59,949 nt of DNA, taken from the NCBI GenBank assembly GCA_019429325.1, contig JAHYJA010000002.1:1-59949 (forward strand), written 5' to 3'. The DNA is from Bacteroidales bacterium (GTDB lineage: Bacteria > Bacteroidota > Bacteroidia > Bacteroidales > VadinHA17). This document shows positions 8,806 through 17,295 of the stretch, piece after piece. The notes beneath the pieces were generated by a model. That model searched no databases. It was given only the letters and a program-made list of their open reading frames with translations, and had not been told where the DNA came from. The translations under genes and the position numbers were made by a program. The number at the start of each line of letters is the position of its first letter. Within the stretch, counting starts at the first letter, position 1.

Positions 8806-9160
8806 TAAGTATGTATTTCTGCTTGGTTTACAGTTGTAACCTGACAAAAATTCCAGTTTAATTGCCCATTTTTTTCAGGACTGGTTCAACAGACTCTTAT
8901 TCCCTGGTATGACATTCAAATATGGTTTAAGTAAGGTGTCTCCTTCTTTGGACTTTAAGTTCAGGAAAGTTCGAACCTCTTTGGATCCTGGTATTTTTAC
9001 AGATTTCTTAAACCCTCTGAGGATTGATTATTTATCCATTATCCTGCCTCTCCTCTTTTATTTTAAATTCTCCGGGGGCCTGTTATGATTAAAATACTTA
9101 CTCATTTAAAAGGAATTTAGCATAAGTTTTTTTTTCTTTACGCAATTTAATTCCAAGCAG

Positions 9161-10396
9161 ATGTCAAGAACCCGCTTTTCGTTTCCTCTTCACTATCAGA
9201 TATTAATTGCTATCGTCGCAGGAGGGTTTTTCGGTTATATATTTCATGACCAGGTGATCTATACCAACTGGGCAGGTGAAATTTTTCTCCGGGCCCTTAA
9301 TATGATCATCGTTCCCCTGATTCTTTGTTCGATTACAACCGGAGTTGCCAGTGTCGGGTCGGGGAGTAATCTGGGCCGGCTGGGCTTGAAGACGATTGGA
9401 TTCTATTTGTTTTCGACCTTTCTGGCAATTGTCACCGGTTTCTTTTTCGTTACGCTTATTAAGCCCGGCACCGGCGCTGATCTGGGCTTCAGGGTGCCTG
9501 TGGAAGATCTTTCTGCCGTCTCAGACGGTTTTGGCGGGACGCTTATAAAAATAGTGCCGACTAACATATTTGAGGCAATGATGCAGGGACAGATGCTATC
9601 AATAATCTTCTTCGCGATTCTGTTTGGGTTTTTCATGACCAGAGTAAGCGACAACGGGCGCATTATTCTTTTGGATGTGATAAACGCCCTTCTGGACGTA
9701 ATTATGAAGATCACCCTGTTCATAATCAGGTTCACTCCTATTGGCATTTTCAGCATTACAGCAAAGGTGATTGCACAGCAGATTAACATGGGTAACGAAA
9801 TCAGCGAGATAATAAGCAGGCTGGGGCTTTACTTTATTACTGTATCCCTTGGATTGCTGATTCATGGCGCTGTTACCCTGCCCCTGCTGGTCAGGCTGAT
9901 AGGAAAAGCCAATCCCCTGAAGCATTTAAGGAACATGGCTACACCTTTACTGACAGCTTTTTCCACTTCGTCGTCAAATGCCACACTTCCTCTGACGATG
10001 GAAGCTGTTGAAACTAAAGACGGCGTTTCAAACAAGATAGCCAGCTTTACCCTGCCGATCGGAGCCACCATTAATATGGACGGAACTGCACTCTATGAGT
10101 GCGTTGCTGTAATGTTCATTGCCCAGGCCTATGGAATAGAACTTACAGTTACACAACAGCTGATAGTGGTAATGACAGCATTGCTTGCAGCTATAGGATC
10201 TGCCGGTATACCGATGGCAGGCCTGGTGATGATGGCCGTGGTTCTGAAAGCTGTCGGTTTGCCGCTGGAGGGTATCGGGCTTGTTCTGGCAGTAGACAGG
10301 ATACTCGATATGTTCAGGACAACCATCAATGTTTACGGCGACACATGCTGTGCCGTAATTGTAGCAAAATCAGAAGGGGAGACTCTGAAGATATGA
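9161..10396 (+). CDS. dicarboxylate/amino acid:cation symporter (DAACS / GltP family)
   Basis: 411 aa, polytopic. Family motifs SSSNATLP, TINMDGTALYE and VDRILDMFRTTINV are present. Confidence 0.9.
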   Translation: MSRTRFSFPLHYQILIAIVAGGFFGYIFHDQVIYTNWAGEIFLRALNMIIVPLILCSITTGVASVGSGSNLGRLGLKTIGFYLFSTFLAIVTGFFFVTLIKPGTGADLGFRVPVEDLSAVSDGFGGTLIKIVPTNIFEAMMQGQMLSIIFFAILFGFFMTRVSDNGRIILLDVINALLDVIMKITLFIIRFTPIGIFSITAKVIAQQINMGNEISEIISRLGLYFITVSLGLLIHGAVTLPLLVRLIGKANPLKHLRNMATPLLTAFSTSSSNATLPLTMEAVETKDGVSNKIASFTLPIGATINMDGTALYECVAVMFIAQAYGIELTVTQQLIVVMTALLAAIGSAGIPMAGLVMMAVVLKAVGLPLEGIGLVLAVDRILDMFRTTINVYGDTCCAVIVAKSEGETLKI

Positions 10397-10499
10397 GCGT
10401 AGAGCGTAGAGCGTAGAGCGTAGAGCGTAGAGCGTAGAGCGGGGAGCGTAGAGCGGGGAGCGGGGAGCAGGGAGCGGAGAGCAGGGAGCAGGGAGCGTA
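10395..10499. repeat. 15 tandem heptanucleotide units (GAGCGTA x6, then degenerate GAGCGGG/GAGCAGG/GAGCGGA, ending GAGCGTA)
   Basis: Counted directly: 105 nt = 15 x 7. It starts inside the TGA stop of the symporter gene and ends 6 nt before the stop of the convergent gene at 10506. Confidence 0.95.
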
Positions 10500-10505
10500 A
10501 AGATT

Positions 10506-11102
10506 TCAGAAAACGACAGAGATGCGTATTTCAGGGTTGCTGTAGAGGCCGTAGCCTGAGTCGTTAAGGGCCCATAAAACCATAAAATTCAATGCTGACC
10601 TGCGACCGATCGGCTGGCTGATCCCGCCTCCGGCAAGGAGTGTGCCGGTAGTGAACCTATCCGACTGATAAGGGGGAAGCTTCCAGAATTCGGACTCCAG
10701 ACTCAGAACCTCATATTCAGTATGGAGGAACATCCCTATATGAATTCCCAGCGGGACCACCGAATTAAGATCCTGAATAAATAGGAACTGAAGATATGAC
10801 CTGCCCCCGTAGATAGTCGTCTTCTCATAAGGGTTTTTATAAAACCTGAAATTTGGTCCGGCCGCAACTCCAAGCCGGGGTAATAACCACAGTCCCACCA
10901 CAGGAGAGATCTGGATATCCGTTATGGTCCCGAACTGAAGGCCAATACTTCCGCCATAGAATAGTCTCTCTTTAAGAGGGGGAACATCCTTTTTGGTTGC
11001 CTGTGCACAAAGAACCGACAATGAAGCAATAAATACCAGCATCATAGAAATGGACTTTCTGAAAAGCCGCACCCGGTCCGAGGTATCTCCGTATGGGATC
11101 AT
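10506..11102 (-). CDS. outer-membrane beta-barrel (porin-family-like) protein
   Basis: Signal peptide (...MMLVFIASLSVLCAQA), alternating beta-strand pattern, and a C-terminal aromatic beta-signal (...IRISVVF). The start could be an internal Met (positions 20-21). Confidence 0.55.
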   Translation of the reverse strand: MIPYGDTSDRVRLFRKSISMMLVFIASLSVLCAQATKKDVPPLKERLFYGGSIGLQFGTITDIQISPVVGLWLLPRLGVAAGPNFRFYKNPYEKTTIYGGRSYLQFLFIQDLNSVVPLGIHIGMFLHTEYEVLSLESEFWKLPPYQSDRFTTGTLLAGGGISQPIGRRSALNFMVLWALNDSGYGLYSNPEIRISVVF

Positions 11103-11177
11103 ATCGTCAAATTTGTATCTTTACACATTATCCTGCAAATAAACGAAAAAAAAGAATTTTAAACATCACGGCATATC

Positions 11178-11873
11178 ATGAATATAATAGTTAACGGAGG
11201 CACCCGCGGGATCGGAAGGGAGATTGCACTTTATCTTTCCCGCGACAGGGACAACCAGATCGTGGTGACTGGCAGGGATACTGAAGCGCTCGGAAAACTG
11301 GCTTCTGAAAGCCTTTACAATAACATATCATCCATCGAGGTGGACCTGTCAGACATTGATAATCAGACCGGATCATTCAGGGATCAGATTTACAACAGAT
11401 TCAGTCTGGTCGATATCCTTATCAACAATGCCGGTTTGCTGACAACCAGGGAATTCATGAACTTCACTAATCAGGAAGCCAGGCTGATATTAGAGACCAA
11501 TTTTATCGGACCTGCCACTGTGATCAGATTGCTTAAGCCACTTATGATCAAGGGATCACACATAGTCAATATTGCCAGTATGGGAGGGTTTCAGGGGAGT
11601 TCAAAATACAGGGGACTCTCCTACTACAGCTGTTCCAAGGCTGCGCTTGCCTGTCTCACTGAATGCCTCTCCGAGGAATTCAGGGAAGAGGGCATCATTG
11701 TTAACTGTTTGGCTCTGGGCTCAGTACAGACTGAAATGTTCGCTGAAGCATTCCCCGGATTCAGAGCCCCTGTCAACGCGGAGGAGATGGGAGCTTTTAT
11801 TGGTGATTTTGCCCTCAGGGGCAGACAATTCTTCAATGGGAAAATAATACCGGTAGCCTCAAACAATCCCTGA
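11178..11873 (+). CDS. SDR family oxidoreductase
   Basis: GGTRGIG cofactor motif, NNAG, and catalytic YYSCSK (YxxxK). Confidence 0.85.
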   Translation: MNIIVNGGTRGIGREIALYLSRDRDNQIVVTGRDTEALGKLASESLYNNISSIEVDLSDIDNQTGSFRDQIYNRFSLVDILINNAGLLTTREFMNFTNQEARLILETNFIGPATVIRLLKPLMIKGSHIVNIASMGGFQGSSKYRGLSYYSCSKAALACLTECLSEEFREEGIIVNCLALGSVQTEMFAEAFPGFRAPVNAEEMGAFIGDFALRGRQFFNGKIIPVASNNP

Positions 11874-11884
11874 ACAGTTATTAT

Positions 11885-12961
11885 TCAGTCATATTCCTTT
11901 ATCTCAGTTTTACCGTCGAGTGCCAGGAGACCGTTGTATGCGAGGGCTTTCATCTCATCCTCTCCGGGATAAACGATCACTTCCGCGATGAATTGAACCA
12001 TTTGTTTAATATACCCGGTATGAGATTCCTTATTGGCCATTCCGCCAGTGAGTATTATGGCATCGACCTGCCCGTCAAGAACAGCTGCCATTGCTCCTAT
12101 TTCCTTTCCGACCTGGTAAGCTGAAGCCCTGGCTATCAGAAGTGCCTTCGGATCGCCATTTTCTGCCAGTCTGCATACTTCCACGAAGCTGTTGGTGCCC
12201 AGATAGGCCACCATGCCTCCTTTCCCGGTTAACATTCTTCTGACTCCGTCACGGTCATATTTCCCGCTGAAGCAAAGGTCTGCCAGCTGGCCGGAGGGCA
12301 ATCCGCCTGATCGTTCCGGAGAAAAGGGTCCGTCGCCGTTGAGAGCATTATTGACATCGATCACCCTTCCCTTCCTGTGAGCGCCGACACTCACTCCCCC
12401 ACCAAGGTGTACCACAATCAGGTTCAAATCTTCATATCTTCTGCCTGATGAGTCAGCATAAGCCCGTGCAACAGCTTTCTGGTTAAGGGCGTGAAAAATT
12501 GATATCCGTTCGATTTCCGGATGTCCTGACACCCTTGCAAGCGGCTGAAGCTCATCCACAACAACGGGATCGACGATGAACGCTGAAGCGGCACCAAGTG
12601 ATGAAGCTATCTCGTCGGCTATCAGACCCCCCAGGTTGCTTGCATGCTCTCCTCTCGATCCGCTTCTCAGATCATCCTTCATCCTTTCATTCACCCTGTA
12701 TACTCCCGATTCAATCGGTTTTACAAGTCCCCCACGGCCAACTACGGCCGCGATACGGGAAAAATCAATCCCTCTCTCCTTCAGTTCATCCATTATCAGA
12801 TCCTTTCTGAAATGAAACTGGTCAGAGATTCTGCTGAACACAGATAATTCAGCTGATGAGTGACGGAGTATTTTTTCAAAAATCAGCACATCTTCCTCAA
12901 AAAGGGCGAATTTTGTGGAGGTGGATCCCGGATTGAGTGCAAGAATCAGTCGGTTACTCAT
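11885..12961 (-). CDS. buk: butyrate kinase
   Basis: N-terminus ILALNPGSTSTKFALFE, ASKHA-fold motifs (VVHLGGGVSVGAH) and a length of 358 aa are typical of Buk. Confidence 0.9.
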   Translation of the reverse strand: MSNRLILALNPGSTSTKFALFEEDVLIFEKILRHSSAELSVFSRISDQFHFRKDLIMDELKERGIDFSRIAAVVGRGGLVKPIESGVYRVNERMKDDLRSGSRGEHASNLGGLIADEIASSLGAASAFIVDPVVVDELQPLARVSGHPEIERISIFHALNQKAVARAYADSSGRRYEDLNLIVVHLGGGVSVGAHRKGRVIDVNNALNGDGPFSPERSGGLPSGQLADLCFSGKYDRDGVRRMLTGKGGMVAYLGTNSFVEVCRLAENGDPKALLIARASAYQVGKEIGAMAAVLDGQVDAIILTGGMANKESHTGYIKQMVQFIAEVIVYPGEDEMKALAYNGLLALDGKTEIKEYD

Positions 12962-13005
12962 TGGATGAATTTGTGATTTGAGGCAAATTACTAAAAAAGA
13001 ATTAT

Positions 13006-13908
13006 CTATGCCATAAGGCAGGCTAAAGCGATACAGTAATATTTTGAGTTTTCGCTCTCGCTTCTCGACATTACTATTACTGGCCTGGTTGTACCTCTTA
13101 TGAGTCCGGCAAGCTCACCGCCTGCAAACAGCACAAGCGCTTTGTAGAATGGGTTGCATGATTCAAGAGACGGAAAGAGAAGAATATCGGCATCACCCTC
13201 AACCGGAGTACTGACACCCTTTATTGCAGGACTTTTTCTGTCGCAAGCAAGAAAAATGTCGAGTGGCCCGTCCATGGTGCAACTCCTTATCTGTCCGCGG
13301 TCTGACATTTTACACATCACTGCATAATCCACCGGGTTATCGAAGTGACGGCTCATCTTTTCAGAGGCTCCGATAAGGGCAATCTTTGGCTTTGTTATCC
13401 CAAAACGCTCAGCCATTTCAATAGCATATTCCGCCATCGCAACCTTCTGTTCGAGGTTCGGAAACGGGATCACGGCGGGATCGGTAACAAACAGAAGTTT
13501 ATGATATGCCGGCATTTCAATTGCGCAGACGTAGCTGAGTATTGCACCGGGAATCATGATTCCCCTTTCCCTGTCCATAACAGCCCTGAGGAATTTGTCG
13601 GTTCCCACCTGGCCTTTCATTATAATATCCGCTTCTCCGCTGCCTGCCAGCCTGATGGCATGGGTGCAGGCATCTGCCTCTCCGGATGAGGGAATGATGC
13701 TAAAAGCTTTGGCGTCAATCCCCCGTGCCGAACAGATGCTTTTAATCGTGTCAGGGATACCGATCATCAATGCCTCAATGAAACCTTCACTTACGGCTCT
13801 GTTTATTGCGCCGATGCTGTTATCGTCGTGTGCCCAGGCAACTGCCACCCGTTGCCTTTTCCCCTGCGAAAGCACCTTTTCCACTATCTGGCTTAGGGAA
13901 CTTATCAT
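13006..13908 (-). CDS. ptb: phosphate butyryltransferase family protein, paralogue 2
   Basis: 300 aa PTA_PTB fold (ADIIMKGQVGTDKFLRAV..., DGPLDIFLA..., ADILLFPSLESCNPFYK). Confidence 0.8.
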   Translation of the reverse strand: MISSLSQIVEKVLSQGKRQRVAVAWAHDDNSIGAINRAVSEGFIEALMIGIPDTIKSICSARGIDAKAFSIIPSSGEADACTHAIRLAGSGEADIIMKGQVGTDKFLRAVMDRERGIMIPGAILSYVCAIEMPAYHKLLFVTDPAVIPFPNLEQKVAMAEYAIEMAERFGITKPKIALIGASEKMSRHFDNPVDYAVMCKMSDRGQIRSCTMDGPLDIFLACDRKSPAIKGVSTPVEGDADILLFPSLESCNPFYKALVLFAGGELAGLIRGTTRPVIVMSRSESENSKYYCIALACLMA

Positions 13909-13917
13909 GGTAAACGG

Positions 13918-14820
13918 TTATTTGCTTGCAGCTGCAGAAAGCAGAATACTGTCGTATTTGGCCTGTTCCGAATCGGATCTCGATGTTAGAACAATCGGCA
14001 CCAGTGCACCCAGTATTATGGATGCCACTTTTGCTTTAGCGAAGAAGACGAGCGATTTATACAGAACATTCCCTACCTCGATATCCGGCATCAGCAAAAG
14101 GTCCGTGTCGCCTGCAACTTCACTTTTTATGTTTTTATGTCTGGCGCTTTCAAGACTTATGGCATTGTCGAAGGCCAGAGGTCCATCAATGATGCAGTTT
14201 CTTATCTGATCGCGCTGGTTCATTTTCGAGAGAAGGGCGGCATCGAGCGTCGCTTCCATATTCTCATTTACCATTTCAACGGCACCCAGTACGGCTACTT
14301 TTGGCATCCTGTAACCAAGCCTGTTAAGAAACGCCACAGAGTTATTGACAATAGCAATTTTATCTTTCAGGTTAGGAGCTATATTCATGGCGACATCAGT
14401 AACTGCGATGAGCTTGTGATAGGTCTCCACCTCAAACAGGGCAATATGAGAAAGAAGATTACCGGTCCTGAGGCCCCATTCCTTGTTGAGTACACACTTC
14501 AGCAATGTTGATGTTCCCACTTTCCCTTTCATGAGAATGTCAGCCTGTTTGCTGCTTAGCATCCTTACTGCCATCTCAACGGCCATTTCAGTGTCGGGTT
14601 CATGGATAATCCTGAGGCCCGCAATATTATAGCCGTTTTCATCTGAGATGTTTTGAATCCCCTCCTTGTCGCCGATAAGAATCGGCTCAATGATATCATC
14701 CATCCAGGCTCTCAGTACGGCACTCAGCGAATGCTGATCCTGCGCGGCTGCCAGAACCAGCTTTCTGCGTGGTTTGCCGGCAACGATACTCTTCAGATCA
14801 CTCATATTCTTCAATACCAT
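13918..14820 (-). CDS. ptb: phosphate butyryltransferase family protein, paralogue 1
   Basis: 300 aa PTA_PTB fold (ADILMKGKVGTSTLLKCV..., DGPLAFDNA..., TDLLLMPDIEVGNVLYK). By eye only about one third identical to the neighbour. Confidence 0.8.
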   Translation of the reverse strand: MVLKNMSDLKSIVAGKPRRKLVLAAAQDQHSLSAVLRAWMDDIIEPILIGDKEGIQNISDENGYNIAGLRIIHEPDTEMAVEMAVRMLSSKQADILMKGKVGTSTLLKCVLNKEWGLRTGNLLSHIALFEVETYHKLIAVTDVAMNIAPNLKDKIAIVNNSVAFLNRLGYRMPKVAVLGAVEMVNENMEATLDAALLSKMNQRDQIRNCIIDGPLAFDNAISLESARHKNIKSEVAGDTDLLLMPDIEVGNVLYKSLVFFAKAKVASIILGALVPIVLTSRSDSEQAKYDSILLSAAASK

Positions 14821-14864
14821 AGCGCTGCTGTATTAGTTCCGGGTTCCGGGTTTATGGTTAAGGG

Positions 14865-16076
14865 TCAGACTGTATGATGTTCAACTATATATCTGGTGTC
14901 AGATGCTATGACCAGTTCCTCGTCAGTGGTGATGGCCATTACAGTTACCTTCGATTCTGGCTTCGATATAATCTTGTCCTTGCTCTTTACACCATTGTTG
15001 GCATCAAAATCGAAGATTATTCCAAGATTCTCCATATCAGAACAGATCATTGCCCTCATCTTGAAATCGTTTTCTCCGACACCACCTGTAAATATAAGGA
15101 GGTCAAGGCCATTAAGGGCGGCAATATATGAACCGATGAATTTCTTTACCTTATAGGCATACATGTTAAGGGCCAGCAATGCCTTTTCATTCCCTTCTGC
15201 CGCAGCCAGTTCAAGGTCGCGCATATCTGACGATAACTGGGAAATACCTGCAACCCCGCTTTTCTTATTAATAAGGTTATTCACTCCGGTTACATTCAGA
15301 TGCTCCTTGTCGGCTATATAAATAAGGACACCCGGATCTATTTCTCCAGTTCTTGTCCCCATTATGAGACCGTCGACCGGAGTGAAACCCATCGATGTAT
15401 CTATCGACCGTCCGTTTTGCACGGCCGTAATTGATGCTCCGTTTCCCAGATGGCAGGTTATTATCTTAAGATCTTTCAGATCCCTGCCCAGAAGTCCGGC
15501 AGCCTTGGATGCCACAAATTTATGACTGGTCCCGTGGTATCCGTATTTCCTTATCCTGTACTTTTCGTAATACTCATAGGGTAAAGCGTACATATATGCA
15601 TAATCAGGCATTGTCTGATGAAATGATGTATCAAATACGGCAACCTGGGGGATTCCGGGAATCAGTTTCTCAACCGATAATATCCCTTTCAGATTTGCAG
15701 GGTTATGAAGCGGTGCAAGCTCACTGAACAGTTCAATATTTCTTTTAACATCATTATCAACCAGTACACTCTCCTTGTAATCTTCTCCTCCGTTGACCAC
15801 TCTGTGACCAACAGCCTTGATTTCGTTTACATCATCAATTACTCCGTATTTTTTGTCGGTAAGAGCAGCCATTACCATATTGATCCCGGTTGTATGGTCA
15901 GGTATATCCGTAATAACCTTGTAAGGTTCCTTGCCGGTTGGTTTATGTGTAAGGATGCTGTCGTTCAGGCCAATACGTTCAAGAAGACCCTTCGCCATCA
16001 TATGAGTGCCGTCTGCCATGTTGAATAACTGGTATTTGATGGAAGAGCTTCCGCAATTCAAAACGAGAATGATCAT
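14865..16076 (-). CDS. ackA: acetate kinase
   Basis: ILVLNCGSSSIKYQLF N-terminus, GHRVVNGG, YGYHGTSH and HLGNGASI motifs. Confidence 0.95.
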   Translation of the reverse strand: MIILVLNCGSSSIKYQLFNMADGTHMMAKGLLERIGLNDSILTHKPTGKEPYKVITDIPDHTTGINMVMAALTDKKYGVIDDVNEIKAVGHRVVNGGEDYKESVLVDNDVKRNIELFSELAPLHNPANLKGILSVEKLIPGIPQVAVFDTSFHQTMPDYAYMYALPYEYYEKYRIRKYGYHGTSHKFVASKAAGLLGRDLKDLKIITCHLGNGASITAVQNGRSIDTSMGFTPVDGLIMGTRTGEIDPGVLIYIADKEHLNVTGVNNLINKKSGVAGISQLSSDMRDLELAAAEGNEKALLALNMYAYKVKKFIGSYIAALNGLDLLIFTGGVGENDFKMRAMICSDMENLGIIFDFDANNGVKSKDKIISKPESKVTVMAITTDEELVIASDTRYIVEHHTV

Positions 16077-16110
16077 AATATTTATTTTCTTATTAGTTTT
16101 TATATTCCTG

Positions 16111-17112
16111 CTATTTGCCTGCGGCCTGATTGGCAGTAATTGCTATCATGCTCACGATATCATTAACCGAACAACCCCGCGACAGGTCGTTGATCGGCGC
16201 CGCCATGCCCTGCAGTATCGGACCGATGGCTTCTGCCCGGGCAAGCCTCTGAACAAGCTTGTATGCTATATTGCCTGATTCGAGGTTAGGGAAGATAAGG
16301 ATATTTGCTTTCCCGGCAATTTTGCTTCCCGGTGCTTTCTTCTGGCCGATCGATTCGACAAGTGCTGCATCTGCCTGCAATTCCCCTTCAATCAGGAGGT
16401 CGGGTGCCATTTCCTTTGCTAACCTGGCAGCATTAACGACCTTATCAACCATCGGGTGACAAGCGCTTCCCATTGTAGAAAAGCTAAGCAAAGCTATTCT
16501 TGGTTCGAAACCTGCAATAGCCCTGGCTGTATGAGCTGTAGCCACCGCAATTTCTGCCAGTTGTTTTTCATCAGGATCCGGATGAACTGCGCCATCCGCA
16601 AAAATCAGTACCCCTTCCTCACCGAAATTCCTGTCAGGCAATATCATAATAAAGGCGCCGGAGACAACTGAAATTCCGGGAGCAGTTTTAACATAATGGA
16701 AGGCAGGCCGCAAAACATCACCTGTTGAGTGATCGGCTCCTGATACCTCTCCATCGGCGTCCCCGTTCTTGATCATCATGACCCCGAGATAAAGAGGATC
16801 CTCAATCAGTCGCGATGCCTCCTCTTTTGTCATCCCCTTGTGTTTCCTCAGTTCCACCATCATATCAATATATTGAGACTTCTTATCATGAGATGCGGGA
16901 TTGACGATAGTGGCCATTCCAATATTCAGTAATCCGAGCTCCTTCGCATGGCTCCTTATCCCGTCGGGATCCCCCAGCAATATTATCTGAGCAAGTCCAT
17001 CTGCAATAGCCTCATCAGCAGCTTTAATTGTTCTTTCTTCATAAGCTTCAGGCAATACAATACGTTTATTATATTTTCTGGCATTCTGTTTAATCCGATC
17101 CAATAACTCCAT
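16111..17112 (-). CDS. pta: phosphate acetyltransferase (short form)
   Basis: RIVLPEAYEERTIKAA, VSGADHSTGD and ANILIFPNLESGNIAYK are classic Pta motifs. Confidence 0.9.
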   Translation of the reverse strand: MELLDRIKQNARKYNKRIVLPEAYEERTIKAADEAIADGLAQIILLGDPDGIRSHAKELGLLNIGMATIVNPASHDKKSQYIDMMVELRKHKGMTKEEASRLIEDPLYLGVMMIKNGDADGEVSGADHSTGDVLRPAFHYVKTAPGISVVSGAFIMILPDRNFGEEGVLIFADGAVHPDPDEKQLAEIAVATAHTARAIAGFEPRIALLSFSTMGSACHPMVDKVVNAARLAKEMAPDLLIEGELQADAALVESIGQKKAPGSKIAGKANILIFPNLESGNIAYKLVQRLARAEAIGPILQGMAAPINDLSRGCSVNDIVSMIAITANQAAGK

Positions 17113-17295
17113 TGTATATCAATATTTTAAAAAATTTATTCTGTCTAAATGTACGAAAAAAAAGTACGATTACACAATTATCAGATATATGATTATTGTC
17201 AGGGTTAACATTATTTCACAAAAAATGCAGCCGCAACGGAGTCCTGTGAAACCTGATCAAATCATTTTCCTAATTTAGCGTTTTTAATTCTGCCC

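Noticed and set aside
8651-8839. 62-aa ORF in the long AT-rich intergenic region
   Set aside because: It has a non-ATG start and an Ile/Leu/Asn/Tyr-rich translation driven by AT content. It also overlaps the fourth palindrome, and there is no supporting feature.
8955-8990. tRNA-like GTTCGAA motif
   Set aside because: The flanking bases do not form a T-stem, and no acceptor, D or anticodon arms could be folded. I spotted no tRNA-like signal elsewhere by eye, but this was not an exhaustive scan.
10395-10499. The repeat array as a CRISPR or as coding sequence
   Set aside because: The units are 7 nt with no spacers, so it is not a CRISPR. Stops occur in all + strand frames, and the array lies beyond both flanking stop codons.
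13556-14209. 217-aa + strand ORF spanning the junction of the two ptb genes
   Set aside because: It is antisense to two strongly supported PTA_PTB genes. It is a low-complexity Ser/Leu/Ala-rich translation typical of shadow ORFs.
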